Source of the DNA: Malacoraja senta
Taxonomy: Eukaryota
Length of the DNA stretch: 64,000 bases
Direction: 5' to 3'
NCBI GenBank assembly: GCA_038087875.1
Contig: JAXLNO010004436.1
Span: forward strand, 186,001-250,000
This document shows positions 34,524 through 48,000 of this stretch, in pieces. Both the position numbers and the translations under genes were made by a program. Below the pieces are notes generated by a model. That model did not search any database. It had not been told where the DNA came from and worked only from the letters and a program-made list of their open reading frames with translations. Numbering within the stretch: position 1 is the first letter of the stretch; each line of letters begins with the position of its first letter.

Positions 34524-34730
34524 GGCGTCAAGACGCTGACGTGTGGCGTCGAGGCGGTGCTTGTGGCATCGAGGCGGTGCTTGTGGCGTCGAGGCGGTGC
34601 TTGTGGCGTCATGGTGGTGCCTGCGGCGTTGAGGCGGTGCGTGTGGCGTCGAGGCGGCGCTTGTGGCGTCGAGGCGGTGCTTGTGGCGTCGTGGTGGTGC
34701 GTGCGGCGTTGAGGCGGTGCGTGCGGCCTC
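34524..34730. repeat. 20-bp minisatellite (gtggcgtcgaggcggtgctt)
   Basis: Directly visible tandem units. Confidence 0.85.
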
Positions 34731-35029
34731 AATGCAGCAGCGGGCCGGCAGGCCGTTGACGCGCGGAATTTTTGAACACTGTCAGTTTTACGGAGCCCCG
34801 TGCGATGTCGGGACCAGCTCCGCACAACTCCATACGGCTCCGGCGATCGAAGTAGCAACGGCCCTGCGAGGCCGCACGGCTAGCGTGACCACGTTAGGTC
34901 GCACTAGCCGCATGCAGTCGCATGCTCGTGGGACAGGCCCTTAACGCCCATGCCACCACGCATTAAATTGATAACTGTGAAAAATAGAAAGATTAAATGA
35001 GAACTTAGCGTTTGAAGTTTGATCTTGAA

Positions 35030-35290
35030 GTGCCAGATGGGCATCAGCCAGGGGTGGGATGTAGACCGCGGTCAGGATGATGGAGGTGAATTCCCTCAGT
35101 TGGTAGAAGGAATGGCACTTCACAGCCAGGTGTTCGAGGTGTGGAGAGCAGGAGTTGGACAGGACTGCCACGTCTGAGCACCACACAGAGTTGTAGTACG
35201 ATAGTAGGGAGAGGGGATCGAAGTCCCCTGCGCTTCAGTCTGACCTGAAATCCTGCCCGTCGGCCACGTTTCCGGACACAATTTAGCAAT
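35030..35290 (-). mobile_element. Rex1/Babar-like LINE endonuclease fragment
   Basis: RKRGRRAG..VRL.RRG.R.PLP.I and CSPHLEHLAVKC..FY..REFTSIILTAVYIPP. Confidence 0.7.
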
Positions 35291-36419
35291 GTTACAAAAT
35301 TTTGAGATTTTAAAAATAAAGTCTGCAATTTATCCCATCAGATAACACATAAAAAGAAATTTAATTTGACACCTAATTCACCTTCATATCTTCAGTATTA
35401 AAAAGGTTATGGCCATTTTCATACTGGGAAATTACCATCTTGTTCCCTATTGCTTTTGCATTGACAACACAAAAGCTGTGATCGAGGACAGTCAAAAGCC
35501 CATAACTTTCTTAAAAATTAAGAGAACTGAATGCAATTTTCAGTTATTATAGATTGAAGCATTCTGAAACAAATGAAAACATCTTACTTGGATGACCTGA
35601 AATTAAGGCATATAATTAGTTAATTACCTAATTGTAGTCAATTACAAAATTGACCGTTGTGACGGAAATTGTAATAAACACCCAGACTGCCTTGAAAATT
35701 CAAAAATGTGATATTCTCAAGATCAGAACTTTAATATTATTGTATTATATGCTGTAAGTCCGTAACAGATAGGTAAATATATTACAATTTCTAGCAATAG
35801 ACCAAGTCTTTATGAAGAAGATCAGTTGCTAGCTGGTACATTGGCATATCATAATCAGTAGCATCATCATACTCCTCAGACTGTAACTCTGTACACCTTG
35901 TTTTTCCTCAACTTTTCAATTTTGGCATTGTAAACTACAAGTTTTTGCTCTTCAAACCACGCATGACATGCCTTTCTGCCCACTACTCTCCCATTAAGAA
36001 TGTCCTGTAGATTCCATTTCTTAAGAAAAGGATATTTTTTTTAAATAGCCTAAGTATCCAAATAACAAACTAATCCCAGTCACACAAGAATTCACAATAT
36101 AACATGATTTTTAAATCTCACTGTCATGAATTCATATGCCAGATGGAAGGAATTTGAAGTTTAATTCCCATAAATTAATCTAGAAACATCCACTCAATAT
36201 AATCAAAAAAAATATTTTTTGCACAATACATGGGACAAACTGATATTTAGTATAAAAATATTGACTATGGGTAGACAACACAAAATATAGACGATTTAGA
36301 TTGTCCATTACGGCACTGATTTCTGCCATTTCTCTGATCCAGGTGAGTTGAGTGAAGCTATAAATAATTCTCTTCTGTTGAGCTGATGGCAAAATGTCGC
36401 CACAGGCAGGCGCCATCTT

Positions 36420-38720
36420 TTACGGGTACCTTTCTGAATGGCAGGCAGTGACTAGTGGGGTACCGCAAGGCTCGGTGCTGGGACCGCAGCTATTTAAAAT
36501 ATATATTAATGATTTGGATGAAGGGATTAAAAGTAACATTAGCAAATTTGCAGATGACAAAAAGCTGGGTGTGAACTGTGAGGAGGATGCTATGAGGATG
36601 CATGGTGATTTGGACAGGTTGGGTGAGTGGGCAAATGCAGTTTAATGTGGATAAATGTGAGGTTATCCACTTTGGTGGCAAAAACAGGGAGGCAGATTAT
36701 TATCTAAATGGTGCCAAGTTGGGAAAAGGGGAAGTACAACGACATCTGGGGGTCCTTGTTCATCACTCACTGGAAGTAAGCATGCAGGTACAGCAGGAAG
36801 AGAAGAAAACGAATGGCATGTTGGTCTTCATAACAAGAGGAGTTGAGTATAGGAGCAAAGAGGTCCTCCTGCAGTTGTACAGGGCCCTAGTGCGATCAGA
36901 CCTGTAGTATTGTGTGCAGTTTTGGTCTCCAAACTTGAGGAAGGACATTCTTGCTATTGAGGGAGTGCAGTGTAGGTTCACAAGGTTAATTCCCGAGATG
37001 GCAGGACTGTCATATGTTGATAGATTGGAGCGGCTGGGCTTGTATACTCTGGAATTTAGAAGGATGAGAGGGCATCTTATTGAAACATATAAGATAATAT
37101 GGGTTTGGACACATTGGAGGCAGGAAACATGTTCCAAATGTTTGGGGAGTCCAGAACCAGGGGCCATAGTTTAAGAATAAGTGGTAAGCCATTTAGAACG
37201 GAGATGAGAAAAATCTTTTTCACACAGTGAGTTGTTAATGTGTGGAATTCTCTGCCTCAGAGGCGGTGGAGGCTGGTTCTCCGGATGCTTTCAAGAAAGA
37301 GTTAGATAGAGCTCTTAGGGATAGCGAAATTAAGGGATATGGAGAGAAGGCAGGAACGGGGTACTGATTGCACATGATTAGCCATGGTCACATTAATAAT
37401 AATAATAATAATAATTCATTTTATTTACTGGTGCCTTTCTAAAACCCAAGGACACCTTACAAGGCATAGAATCACAAAAATACAAAACACATAATCGGAG
37501 TAAATTAAATATAAAAACACAACAGTACACAAATCAAGGACAGAATTCAAGTACAAAAGCACAAAAAGAAAATAAGAAACACAATTTGAGGAGAGAGCAG
37601 CGGCAGCCAATTCGCGCCAGCGTCCACTCTCCCCTCCGACCGCCATCTTGCACACAGACTAACAGGCACAGCACACAAAAGTCATCCCCCCACAAGTAGA
37701 TTTTCAAAGTCTACAGAGAGATTTAGGCCATTTGGAAGAGTGGGCTGAAAGATGGCAGATGGAGTTTAATGCTGACAAATGTGAGGTGCTACATCTCGGC
37801 AGGACAAATCAAAATAGGACGTACACGGTAAATGGTAGCGAATTGAGGAATGCAGTTGAACAGAGGGATCTAGGAATAACTGTGCATAGTTCCCTGAAGG
37901 TGGAATCTCATGTAGATAGGGTGGTAAAGAAAGCTTTTGGTGTGCTGGCCTTTATAAATCAGAGCATTGAATATAGAAGTTGGGATGTAATGTTAAAATT
38001 GTACAAGGCATTGGTGAGGCCAATTCTGGAGTATGGAGTACAATTTTGGTCGCCTAATTATAGGAAGGATGTCAACAAAATAGAGAGAGTACAGAGGAGA
38101 TTTACTAGAATGTTGCCTGGGTTTCAGCAACTAAGTTACAGAGAAAGGTTGAACAAGTTAGGTCTTTATTCTTTGGAGCGCAGAAGGTTAACAGGGGACT
38201 TGATAGAGGTCTTTAAAATTATGAGCGGGTTAGACAGAGTGGACGTGGATAAGCTTTTCCCATTGAGAGTAGGGAAGATTCAAACAAGGGGACATGACTT
38301 GAGAATTAAGGGACAGAAGTTTAGGGAGAACATTAGGGGGAACTTCTTTACTCAGAGAGTGGTAGCTGTGTGGAATGAGCTTCCAGTGGAAGTGGTAGAG
38401 GCAGGTTCGATGTTACCCTTTAAAAATAGATTGGATGGGTATATGGACGGGAAAGGAATGGAGGGTTATGGTCTGAGTGCAGGTAGATGGGACTAGGGGG
38501 AAGTATTTATTTTTAATTTAAAAAAAAAATTAAAAAAAATGTTCGGCACGGACGTGAAGGGCCGAGATGGCCTGTTTCCATGCTGTTATGGTTATATTAT
38601 ATGGTTATATGACCAGCACTGTGGGGGAAGGCACAATGTCCAGTCCCCAACCCCATTGAATGGCGGTGCTGGCTGGAAGGGCCGAATGGCCTACTCCTGC
38701 GCCTATTGTCTATCTTTTTT
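36420..38720 (+). mobile_element. Two adjacent CR1 3' fragments of different subfamilies
   Basis: 36420-37390 is a broken RT. ORF 37732-38496 encodes the RT C-terminus (KCEVLH, QRDLG, VRPILEY, TRGH). Confidence 0.88.
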
Positions 38721-38971
38721 GTTTGTTTATGATTTAATCTATTGAGTACTGTGTTGCAAACCTGTTGTGCTGCTGCTGCATGTAAGAATGTCATTGTTCC
38801 GTTCTAATACATATGACAAGAAAACATTCTTGAATCTTGAATAATAATATTATAATCATGTTGTAAAAATTCTGTGATTGAAACTAAAATTTGTAATTTT
38901 TAGTCTTGATGATTATAAATGGTGTAAAACTATTTGAAAAAAAAATTCATTGAATTTGCTGTTTTCCATAG

Positions 38972-39759
38972 TTCCCGCAATTTTCAATTTCCGGAGCAAA
39001 GTCAGTGTGGATCAGATACCCAGCTCGGAAGAATCATTCCACACTACAGCAGGAAGTAAAAATGCCAAAGACTGATTGGATCCACAAGCTGGTGAAGTAT
39101 GGCTATCAGAATCATAGCTTCACCCTTGAAGAAAGAACAGAGGGTACAGTACTGATGAAAATGATTGAATGGCCAATGCCTCCCGATCCCAGTGTGCCCT
39201 TTAGGAAAAGCACCGACCCATTGCATACTTGCTTTATCATTTTAAATTCTGAGAAGACTTTCCACGTTGGAGATCAATTGCAAGTGATGCTGCGAATGTT
39301 TGACTTTGATGGAAATCCAAAACAATATGGAGGTGGCTATCTGCAAGCGCGGATTCACACCCCAGAGTTAAAGGCTGGTTCAGCAGGAACAGTTATAGAT
39401 AACCAAAATGGATATTATTACATTAATTTTACTTTATCCTGGCCAGGAAAAGTCCAAGTGTCAGTTTCCCTAATTCATCCCAGTGAAGGGATCAAAGTAC
39501 TAAAACGGCTGCGTGAAGAACGACCAGATCGAATTTATATGAAAAGCACTTTCAAGGCTGGAGCTATTTCAAAGACTACTGTTTGCAATGTGTTTTTAAC
39601 TCCAACTAAACCACTATGTAACTTTACTGATCTCAGGACAGGTGAGCCTTGGTTTTGTTACAAACCAGAAAATCTTCCGTGTTCTACTCGAATCAATCAT
39701 GCTGGACGTGGATATATAAGAGATGTTTTAATCGGAGAAGAGAGGCTATTTATCCAAAG
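38972..39759 (+). CDS. NXPE3-like: NXPE family member 3-like large exon (neurexophilin/Ig-like region)
   Basis: Acceptor gttttccatag (phase 0) and donor AG|gtattc (phase 2); 788 nt open. Motifs PF.KSTDP, VGDQL.V, KQYGGGYLQARIH, GTVIDNQNGYY...FTLSWPGKVQVSVSLIHPSEGI.VL.RL, CNFTD..TGEPWFCYKP..LPC all match NXPE3 as I recall it. Confidence 0.95.
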
Positions 39760-40009
39760 GTATTCCACCTACATTTTATGTTTTATATTTTGATATTTCC
39801 ATTTAGTGTTTTCTGTTTTTATTTCACATATCTAGCAGCTGCAGCTTTTTGCTTTTAAGTTCCTATTCATTTTGGTTCTTTATTTATGAAGTTCTTATTG
39901 ATTTATAGTATTTATTAACTGATTAATAAAAATTTAGGTAGTCCAGTTTCCTCTCGTATCCCAAGTACACGCTGGTTGGTAGGTCAGTTGCTTATTATTA
40001 AGGCTGCCT

Positions 40010-40800
40010 TAAAACACATAAAGGTAGATAAATCCCTGGAGCCTGACCGAGTGTATCCTAGAACATTGTGGGATGGGAGGAAATAAATTGCAGGGGTTCG
40101 GGCAGAGATATTTAGTTCATCGTTAACCATAGCTAAGGTATCGGAAGACAGAAGGGTGGCTAAAGTTGTGCCTTTATTTCAGGAGAGGATAGGCTAGGGA
40201 ACTATAGCCTGGAGAGCCCAACATCAGTGGTGGGAAAGTTACTGAAGGGAATTCTGAGAGATTGGATCCACCAGCATTCGGAAAGGCAAGGACTGATTTA
40301 TGGATAGCCAGCATGGCTTTATGCATGGGAAATTGCATCTCCTAAATTTGATTAAGTTTTTTCAAGAGGTGGCAGAGGATTGACAAGGGCAGGTTAGTAG
40401 ACATTGACTGCAGGGTATTTAGTGAGGTCTTTGATAAGCTCCCACATGGCAGGCTGGTCTTGAAGGTTAGATCACATAGGATCCAGGATGAGCTAGCAAA
40501 ATTGAATACCAAATTGGCTTGGTGGTAGAAGTCAGAGAGTGATAGTGGAGAGTTGTTGATCAAATTGGCGGCCTGTGACCCAGGGTATGCCACAGGGATA
40601 TCTTGTTTCTCAACTATATGATTTGGCTGAACGTGTAGGTGGCATGGTTACTAAGATTATGGATAAGACCAACATTTTTGGTATAGTGAAGTGAAGAAGG
40701 TTATCTAAGATTACAACAGGATCAGTATTAGCTTGGGCTGGGGACTAACAGATGGAATTTAAGTCGGACAAGTGCTAAGTATCTCACCCTGGAAAAAAGA
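40010..40800 (+). mobile_element. Old, degenerate CR1 RT fragment
   Basis: Decayed DKSPG, QHGF, CLxNL and VPQG-like nucleotide blocks. Confidence 0.65.
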
Positions 40801-41217
40801 TTCTGATAATCTGGCCTATCATCACCTCTCATAAATTAATATAATTCTATATTTTTCTTGCGTATGGCGTGCACAGCCTAAAGTTGTAAGACAATTTGTT
40901 CCGTTTGATCTGTTTGTGCACGCCAGGTTGATTGCACTCGTTGAAACAGGGTGGACCACATGAAGGTTGCAATCTCCCACCCCGACATAATTCTCTCAGG
41001 TAGCCCGTCAGCTTCTGACATTCCAGAGAAAACAATCCAAGTTTGTCCAACCTCTTCTTATAACCAATGGTCTTTATATTTAAATGATACTGTTTATTTA
41101 TATTTATGCTACCTATGTGATGATATTATAATGAATGCTTCATGGGTTCAGGTAAAATGTATTTTTATTTTGTCTGTTTATCATTTTTCTCTACTCTCTT
41201 TTCTTTTCTTTTCTCTA

Positions 41218-44205
41218 GAAAAAATAGACAGGAAAGAAAGGGAGGAGGGGTGGCTCTTTTAATAAGGGAGGGAATAACGGCAATAGAGAGGAAGGATATT
41301 GCGTTGAAGGATCAGGATAGTGATACAGCTTGGGTACAGATAGAGAATAACAAGGGGAAAAAAACACTAGTGGGTGTAATTTATAGACCTCCAAATAGCT
41401 GTGACGCTGTTAGTCAGAACATAAATCTGCAAATAGTTGACGCATGTAAAAAGGGAACTGCTGTAATCATGGGGGACTTCAATTTTCATATTAATTGGGC
41501 AAACCAAACTGGGCAGGGTAAACTAGAGGAAGAGTTTATAGAATGTATTAGAGACGGGTTCCTAGAACAGTATGTCACAGAACCGACAAGGGGGGAGGCA
41601 ATCTTGGATCTGGTCCTGTGTAATGAAGCAGGATTAATTAAAAATGTCATAGTTAGGGACTCGTTGGGAACAAGTGACCACAATATGGTCGAATTCCATA
41701 TTCAAATAGAAGGGGAGCAGGTTGAAACTTAGGCTAGGGTACTTAGTCTAAATAAGGGGGATTATGAAGGTATGAGGACTGAGCTGATCAAAGTTGACTG
41801 GGATAGCAGACTCAAGAATAAGACGGTACATGAGCAGTGGTGTACGTTTAAGGATCTACTGTATAACCTTCAAGAAAAATGTATTCCTATGAAGAAAAAA
41901 AGGGGTAAGGGTAAGAACAGTCAGCCATGGCTCAGTAAAACTATAAAGGATAGTATTCGGCTGAAGGCAAGGGCATATAAGGTAGCCAGAGATAGTGGGA
42001 GGGTAGAGGATTGGGAAGCATTTAAAGGTCAGCAAAAAATAACTAAGAGATTAATTAAGACGGGGAAAATAGACTATGAAAGGAATTTAGCGAACAACAT
42101 AAAAACTAATAGTAAGAGTTTTTATAGCTATATAAAAAGAAAAAGGGTGGCTAAGGTGAACGTTGGTCCATTGGAGGGTGAGACTGGAGAGTTGTTGGTG
42201 GGGAACATGGAAATGGCAAAGGCATTAAACGAGTATTTTGTATCAGTCTTCACCATAGAAGACACAAAAAATATTCCAACGCTGGATAAACAGGGGGCGG
42301 TAGGAATGGAGGAGCTAAATACTATTAAGATCACCAAGGAGGTGGTATTAGGGAAATTAATGAGACTGAAGGAGGATAAATCCCCTGGGCCTGATGGATT
42401 ACATCCAAGGGTCTTGAGGGAGATAGCGGTGGGGATTGTGGATGCATTGGTGATAATTTTCCAAAACTCCCTGGAGGCAGGAACGGTCCCAGTGGATTGG
42501 AAAATGGCCAATGTAACACCTATATTTAAAAAAGGAAGTAAACAAAAGGTGGGTAACTATAGACTGGTTAGTCTAACATCGGTGGTGGGTAAAATGTTAG
42601 AGACAATTATTAAAGAAACACTAACGGGGCACTTGGATGGACATGACTTCATCGGACAGAACCAGCATGGTTTTGTGAAGGGGAAGTCCTGTTTAACGAA
42701 TCTGCTCGAATTCTTTGAGGAAGTAACAACCCGGGTGGATAAAGGGGAACCGGTGGATGTGGTATACTTGGACTTCCAAAAGGCTTTTGACAAGGTGCCA
42801 CATAAGAGACTATTGCTAAAAATAAAAAATTATGGGATTGGGGGTAATATATTAGCATGGGTAGAGGATTGGCTAACAAATAGGAAGCAGAGAGTGGGGA
42901 TAAATGGTTCATATTCGGGATGGCAACCGGTAACTAGCGGGGTTCCGCAAGGGTCGGTGCTGGGACCCCAGTTGTTCACAATTTATATAAATGATTTGGA
43001 GGAGGGAACCAAGTGTAATATATCAAAATTTGCGGACGATACAAAAATGGGAAGAAAAGTAGGGGATGAGGAGGATAGGAAGAGTCTGCAAAAGGATATA
43101 GATAAGCTAGGTGAGTGGGCAACAACTTGGCAGATGAAATTTAATACTAATAAATGTGAAGTCATTCACTTTGGGAAAAAAAATGATAGGGCAAGTTATT
43201 TTCTAAATGAGGAGGAGCTGCGCTGTAATGCAACGCAAAGGGATCTAGGGGTAGTAGTACATGAATCACTAAAAGTTAGTATGCAGGTGCAGCAAGCTAT
43301 CAGGAAGGCCAATGGAGTTTTGGCCTTTATTGCTAGGGGGATTGAGTATAAAAACACGGAGGTCTTGCTACAGCTGTACACAGTATTAGTGAGACCACAT
43401 TTGGAATACTGTATACAGTTCTGGGGTCCATACTTAAGAAAGGATGTACTGGCCCTGGAGGCAGTGCAGCGAAGGTTTACAAGATTAATTCCTGCAATGA
43501 GGGGATTGACATATGAGGAAAGGTTAAGTAGGCTGGAACTCTACTCTTTGGAGTTTAGAAGAATGAGAGGCGATCTCATTGAAACATATAAGATCGTGAG
43601 GGGCCTTGATCGGGTGGATGCACCGAGGATGTTCCCAATGATCGGGGAAACTAGAACTAGGGGACATAGTTGCAGAATAAGGGGGGGCTCTTTTAAAACT
43701 GAGATGAGGAAGAACTTCTTCACCCAGAGGGTGGTTAATTTATGGAATTCACTGCCCCAGGGAGCAGTGAAGCAGAAACATTAAATATATTTAAGTCTAA
43801 AATAGATGGTTTTTTAGCTGCCAAGGGGATAAGGGGCTACGGGGAGAGGGCAGGGATATGGACCTAGGTAGGGTTAGTATAGTAAGACCTGAGTGATCTC
43901 CTGGACAAGTGTCGATCGCCTGGATTGGGGTCGGAGAGGAATTTCCCGGATTTTTTTCCCGAATTGGACCTGGGTTTTTATCCGTTTTTTTGCCTCCCCC
44001 AGGAGATCACGCGGTTCTTGGGGTGGAGAGGGGTGATAGCGGTATAAAGGGGAGGGTAGTGTCTTGTGTTCTGTGTCTTGTGTCTACTGTTTGTGGGTAG
44101 GGGTGTTTGTTTGGTGTTCAGCCATGAGCGAATGGCGGTGCGGGCTCGATGGACCTGGTGGTCTGCTCTCGCACCTACTTTCTATGTTTCTATGTTTCTA
44201 TGTTT
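41218..44205 (+). mobile_element. CR1 copy: partial endonuclease plus near-complete RT
   Basis: ORFs 41142-41732 and 41772-43784 (670 aa) are separated by one stop, with a frameshift near the C-terminus; (ctatgttt)n tail near 44180-44205. Confidence 0.93.
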
Positions 44206-45085
44206 CTCTATTTGGAGGGTACTTTTTACCTGCAGGGGTTCTGATCCATCCTGACAACATTGGTCTTATTACACATTTGTTACCTTGCACAACCATCTTG
44301 TAATTTGTCTTTAATTTTCTAAATGGTTCCTCATTTGAACCCCCACTACCTTGGTCCACTCCATGAAGTATTATAGGGAGGTATTTTATTTTCCAGCACA
44401 AAGTTAAGTAAGCCTCTCCTTATGGAACTGGTTCCTTCTCCCTAGGTGTTTACAGAAATTAATATGCAGCCTGCATTTGCCCCACAGTGGCACACAAACC
44501 ATGGATCTATGACCTTTTGACTGTTAATCACAGCCATACTTTATTAACTTTGTTATCTGATCCCTCTGTCAAAGCAGGGAAGGTATACTGAGCACTGCTT
44601 GAGGTTGACTTGCAGAGTTTACGCTAACTCATCCAGCTTACCCTAACTTAACCCAACTAACAAGTTCTCTGCAACTCCTACTTGTTGTTAAGACATCTGC
44701 ATTGTAATGATGAGATGATCACTTGACATGTCTATCCAAGGATGCTGACTGAAACCTCTGCAATGTGGGGGCTCAATTGATGTGACAAAGAAGGCACTGA
44801 CACAACTCCATCTTTATTAGTATTCATATCAGTTTTAAATGAATTAAACTGTTATAAAGATAGATCTAGCTCTTAGGGCTAAAGGAATGGATATGGGGAA
44901 AAAGCAGCAAAGGGGTACTGATTTTAGATGATCAGCCATGATCATATTGAATGGTGGTGCTGGCTCGAAGGACCGAATGGACTGCTCCTGCACCTATTTT
45001 CTATGTTTTCTATGTTCTATGTTTCTAAATTTACAGGCATTTAACTAAACCATTCAACAAGTGCTTTGTAACTCTTTATCACCTA

Positions 45086-48000
45086 TTTTACTTCGGAGTC
45101 ACGTGAGTGACTACGTGAAGAAGAACCCGTCCAGACCGCACACGCGTCATATCGTCAGACGCATAGCGTGAGTGCTGATGTGTTTGGAGTGAGCAGAGCT
45201 CCTCCAAACCGGTAAGTAAAAAACCTGAAGGTAAGTATTTACTTGCGTTTTCAGGTTGATTTCTTGAGAAGACTTGTAGTGGAGAAAACACGTCATAATG
45301 AAGAAATATTGTAGAGGTGTACCGCAGTGTTCTCAGATAAGACCGCGGGTCTGTGAGTAGCGGGCGCCCTTTAAAAAAAAATTTTAAGCGGTTACTGTTT
45401 AGCGCCATTAGAGCGCATAAGAAATAGAGGTGGCCGTTAGAGAAGTCAGACCGGAGGATCCCCGATTCAGGTAACTAGTCTGTTATATTTAAAACCTAGT
45501 TGCAAGGCAGTGCAGGGAATGCCTGGGGAATGTCCAGGTTTAGCGTAGGCCTAAAGGAGAGCCAGCGTATGAAGTGCCTGGGGAAGGTCCGGGCTTAGTG
45601 TTGGCCTAGAGAAGAGTCAGTGTATGAAGTGCCTGGGGAAGGTCCGGTTTAGCATTGTCCCTACAGGGCCAGTGCAGGGAGTGCCTGGTGGAGGTCCAGG
45701 TTAGCTTTGGCCTAGAGGAGAGCCAGCGCATGGAGTGCTTTAGAAGGTCTGGCTTAACATTGGCCTAAGGGAGAGCCAGCGTAGGAAGTATTTGGGAAAG
45801 TCTGGTTCAGCGCTGGCCTACAGGTGAGCCAGTGTGAGCAAATGCTTGGTTAAAGGATGCGTTGGTCTACAGGAGAGCCAGCGCCAACTATATCTGGAAG
45901 TTAGCGTTGGCCTACAGGTGAGCCAGCGCCAGCAGCACCTGAAAGAGGGCTGCCTATGATGGGCCTACAGGAGAGCCCGCACGGAGAGCAACTGGAAGGG
46001 TTGCTAGGCGTAGGCCTATGGGAGAGCCAGCGCTAGAGATACTTGAAGCATGATGTAAATTCGCCCCTCCATGAGGAGGATTCTTTCATGCAAAGATTCA
46101 AGTAAACGGGTCATATGAGGCCTAGAGCCCAATACAGAGCCATAGGACCAGCGTTGGCACAATATATTAAAGTTGTGGTTCCAAAAAGATGAGGAACCAT
46201 TGGGAGATAAATAAACTATGTCAATAAAATACTTACTCTTGCAGCAGCTCCAGGTTCTAACCAAGTATGAGCTGTCTACAAATATAAAACCCGCAGTACT
46301 GAGCATTATAAGCAAGTCTCAGCGGGGGAGAGGGTATTGAAATTACTGGTCAGGCATTAAGGCCTTTTTGACCAAAGGTTGGATGGAGAGCATGTGTCTA
46401 CATCACAACAAGGTTGAATTAGCACTCATGTGTAGTGCGCACTTTCAAATAACTGTATTTATAAAAGTGCTATAAAACCTAATATATACCATAAGTTTGG
46501 GGGCTCTGTACACCATCTAATATTTAAATTGCCTAATAATCAGTTTTTAGAAATCTAACCAAAAAAGGTATGATCCTATGTGATTGACAGATCAACTTAA
46601 GGCAGTTTTCCCTACCAATATGTGGTGACTGGGGATAGTAAAGTATCAATTTTGTCTTTCCCATATGTGCGTTATAGGCGCACTCCTCCTGAGATATGTG
46701 GGGGTTATAATATTCCACTAAGATCAGGGGATAACAATTGCCATAGGCAAACCCTGAGGAGGAGGTCTGGTTCTGTAAGAAACATAGTAAATGTTTTACA
46801 CTTACAAGTTGGGAAGATTACAATTCTTGCTAAAACATGGCAATTTGATATATTATACTGTACAGTATTGTGGGGTTTAGAATGTAGTTCTACCCATTTT
46901 TGGTTTCTCTTAGTAAGGTATTTGAAACCAGATACATATTTCTCAAAATAAGAGTATATGTAGATTCAGACAAGACATGAAATATTGTGGGAAAGAGATG
47001 ATTAAGAGGTCAGTTCACCATTACCATCAATTGATGCCAAGTATGTTATGAGAGCAAATAAGGATGGTGGGTGTAGAATTATTCTAGATCTGAAAAATTT
47101 AAACTCTTTTTTGTACAGTATAATAAACAGTTGGTAACATTTGTTAATGTTAAGCAGCCAATTTCCAAAATATGCATTTTCCATGTGACTGTGTATTGTA
47201 ATAATAATAGATATTTTAATTTTATCTGGATGAGCCAATTATGGCAATTTAAAGCATTGTATTAATGTTTTGTCTCAGCCCTGAGACTATTTGACAGGTT
47301 GTTGAATCTAATATTAGCTTTACTAAGAGCTCAGGTCTGTTGCTATATTCTGATTGTAGGAAACATTCGGACTACAACAGAACCATGAGTGTTAGAATCA
47401 AGCTCACTTTGGAGATTTATTAACCATCAAGATAAATCTAAACAGTTTCCTAACACAGTTATTGATTTTTGGGTTCCATTATTAAATGAGAACACATGAT
47501 TTTGATCCGACTACGAATTAAGACTGCATTCAAGTGGTAGTTGTATATAGCTCATTATAGAGCATCAACCATTGTATAAAGCTCATTATAAGAGCACTAA
47601 TCCTCAATTAGGCATTTAATTGGAAGTGGTAATAAGCTCATTACAGAGCACCAACCCTCAATTAGGCAGGAAGCAAGCCTACTTTACAAATTTTTGCTTA
47701 TTTTTAGCTGTAGAATTTAGACTGCTGCATTATCAGAGTTTACAGTAAGCATGGATAGAGGAATGGATAATACAATTTAGGGCAAGTTTGCCAGGCCATG
47801 TATTTGCCAGTTGCAGTTATTACTGGAATATTAATGAATCAGGAGTGTCTCAAATGCCTCCAGAGAGATTCTGGCTGAACACCTTCCATTATGCTACACA
47901 CTAATTGTAGTGCTCTAAGTTGAGGTAATACTTATAAGTATTTTCAGTTGTGGAGGTACATAGAATTTGGAGTAAGTACCATTTTGATCCAATAACAAGG

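Larger units (their letters stand above)
32331..34941. mobile_element. Harbinger/PIF-like MITE carrying minisatellites and a nested CR1
   Basis: TIRs agggcccgtcccaccagcatgcg / cgcatgctcgtgggacaggccct; TAA at 32328-30 and 34942-44. Confidence 0.8.
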
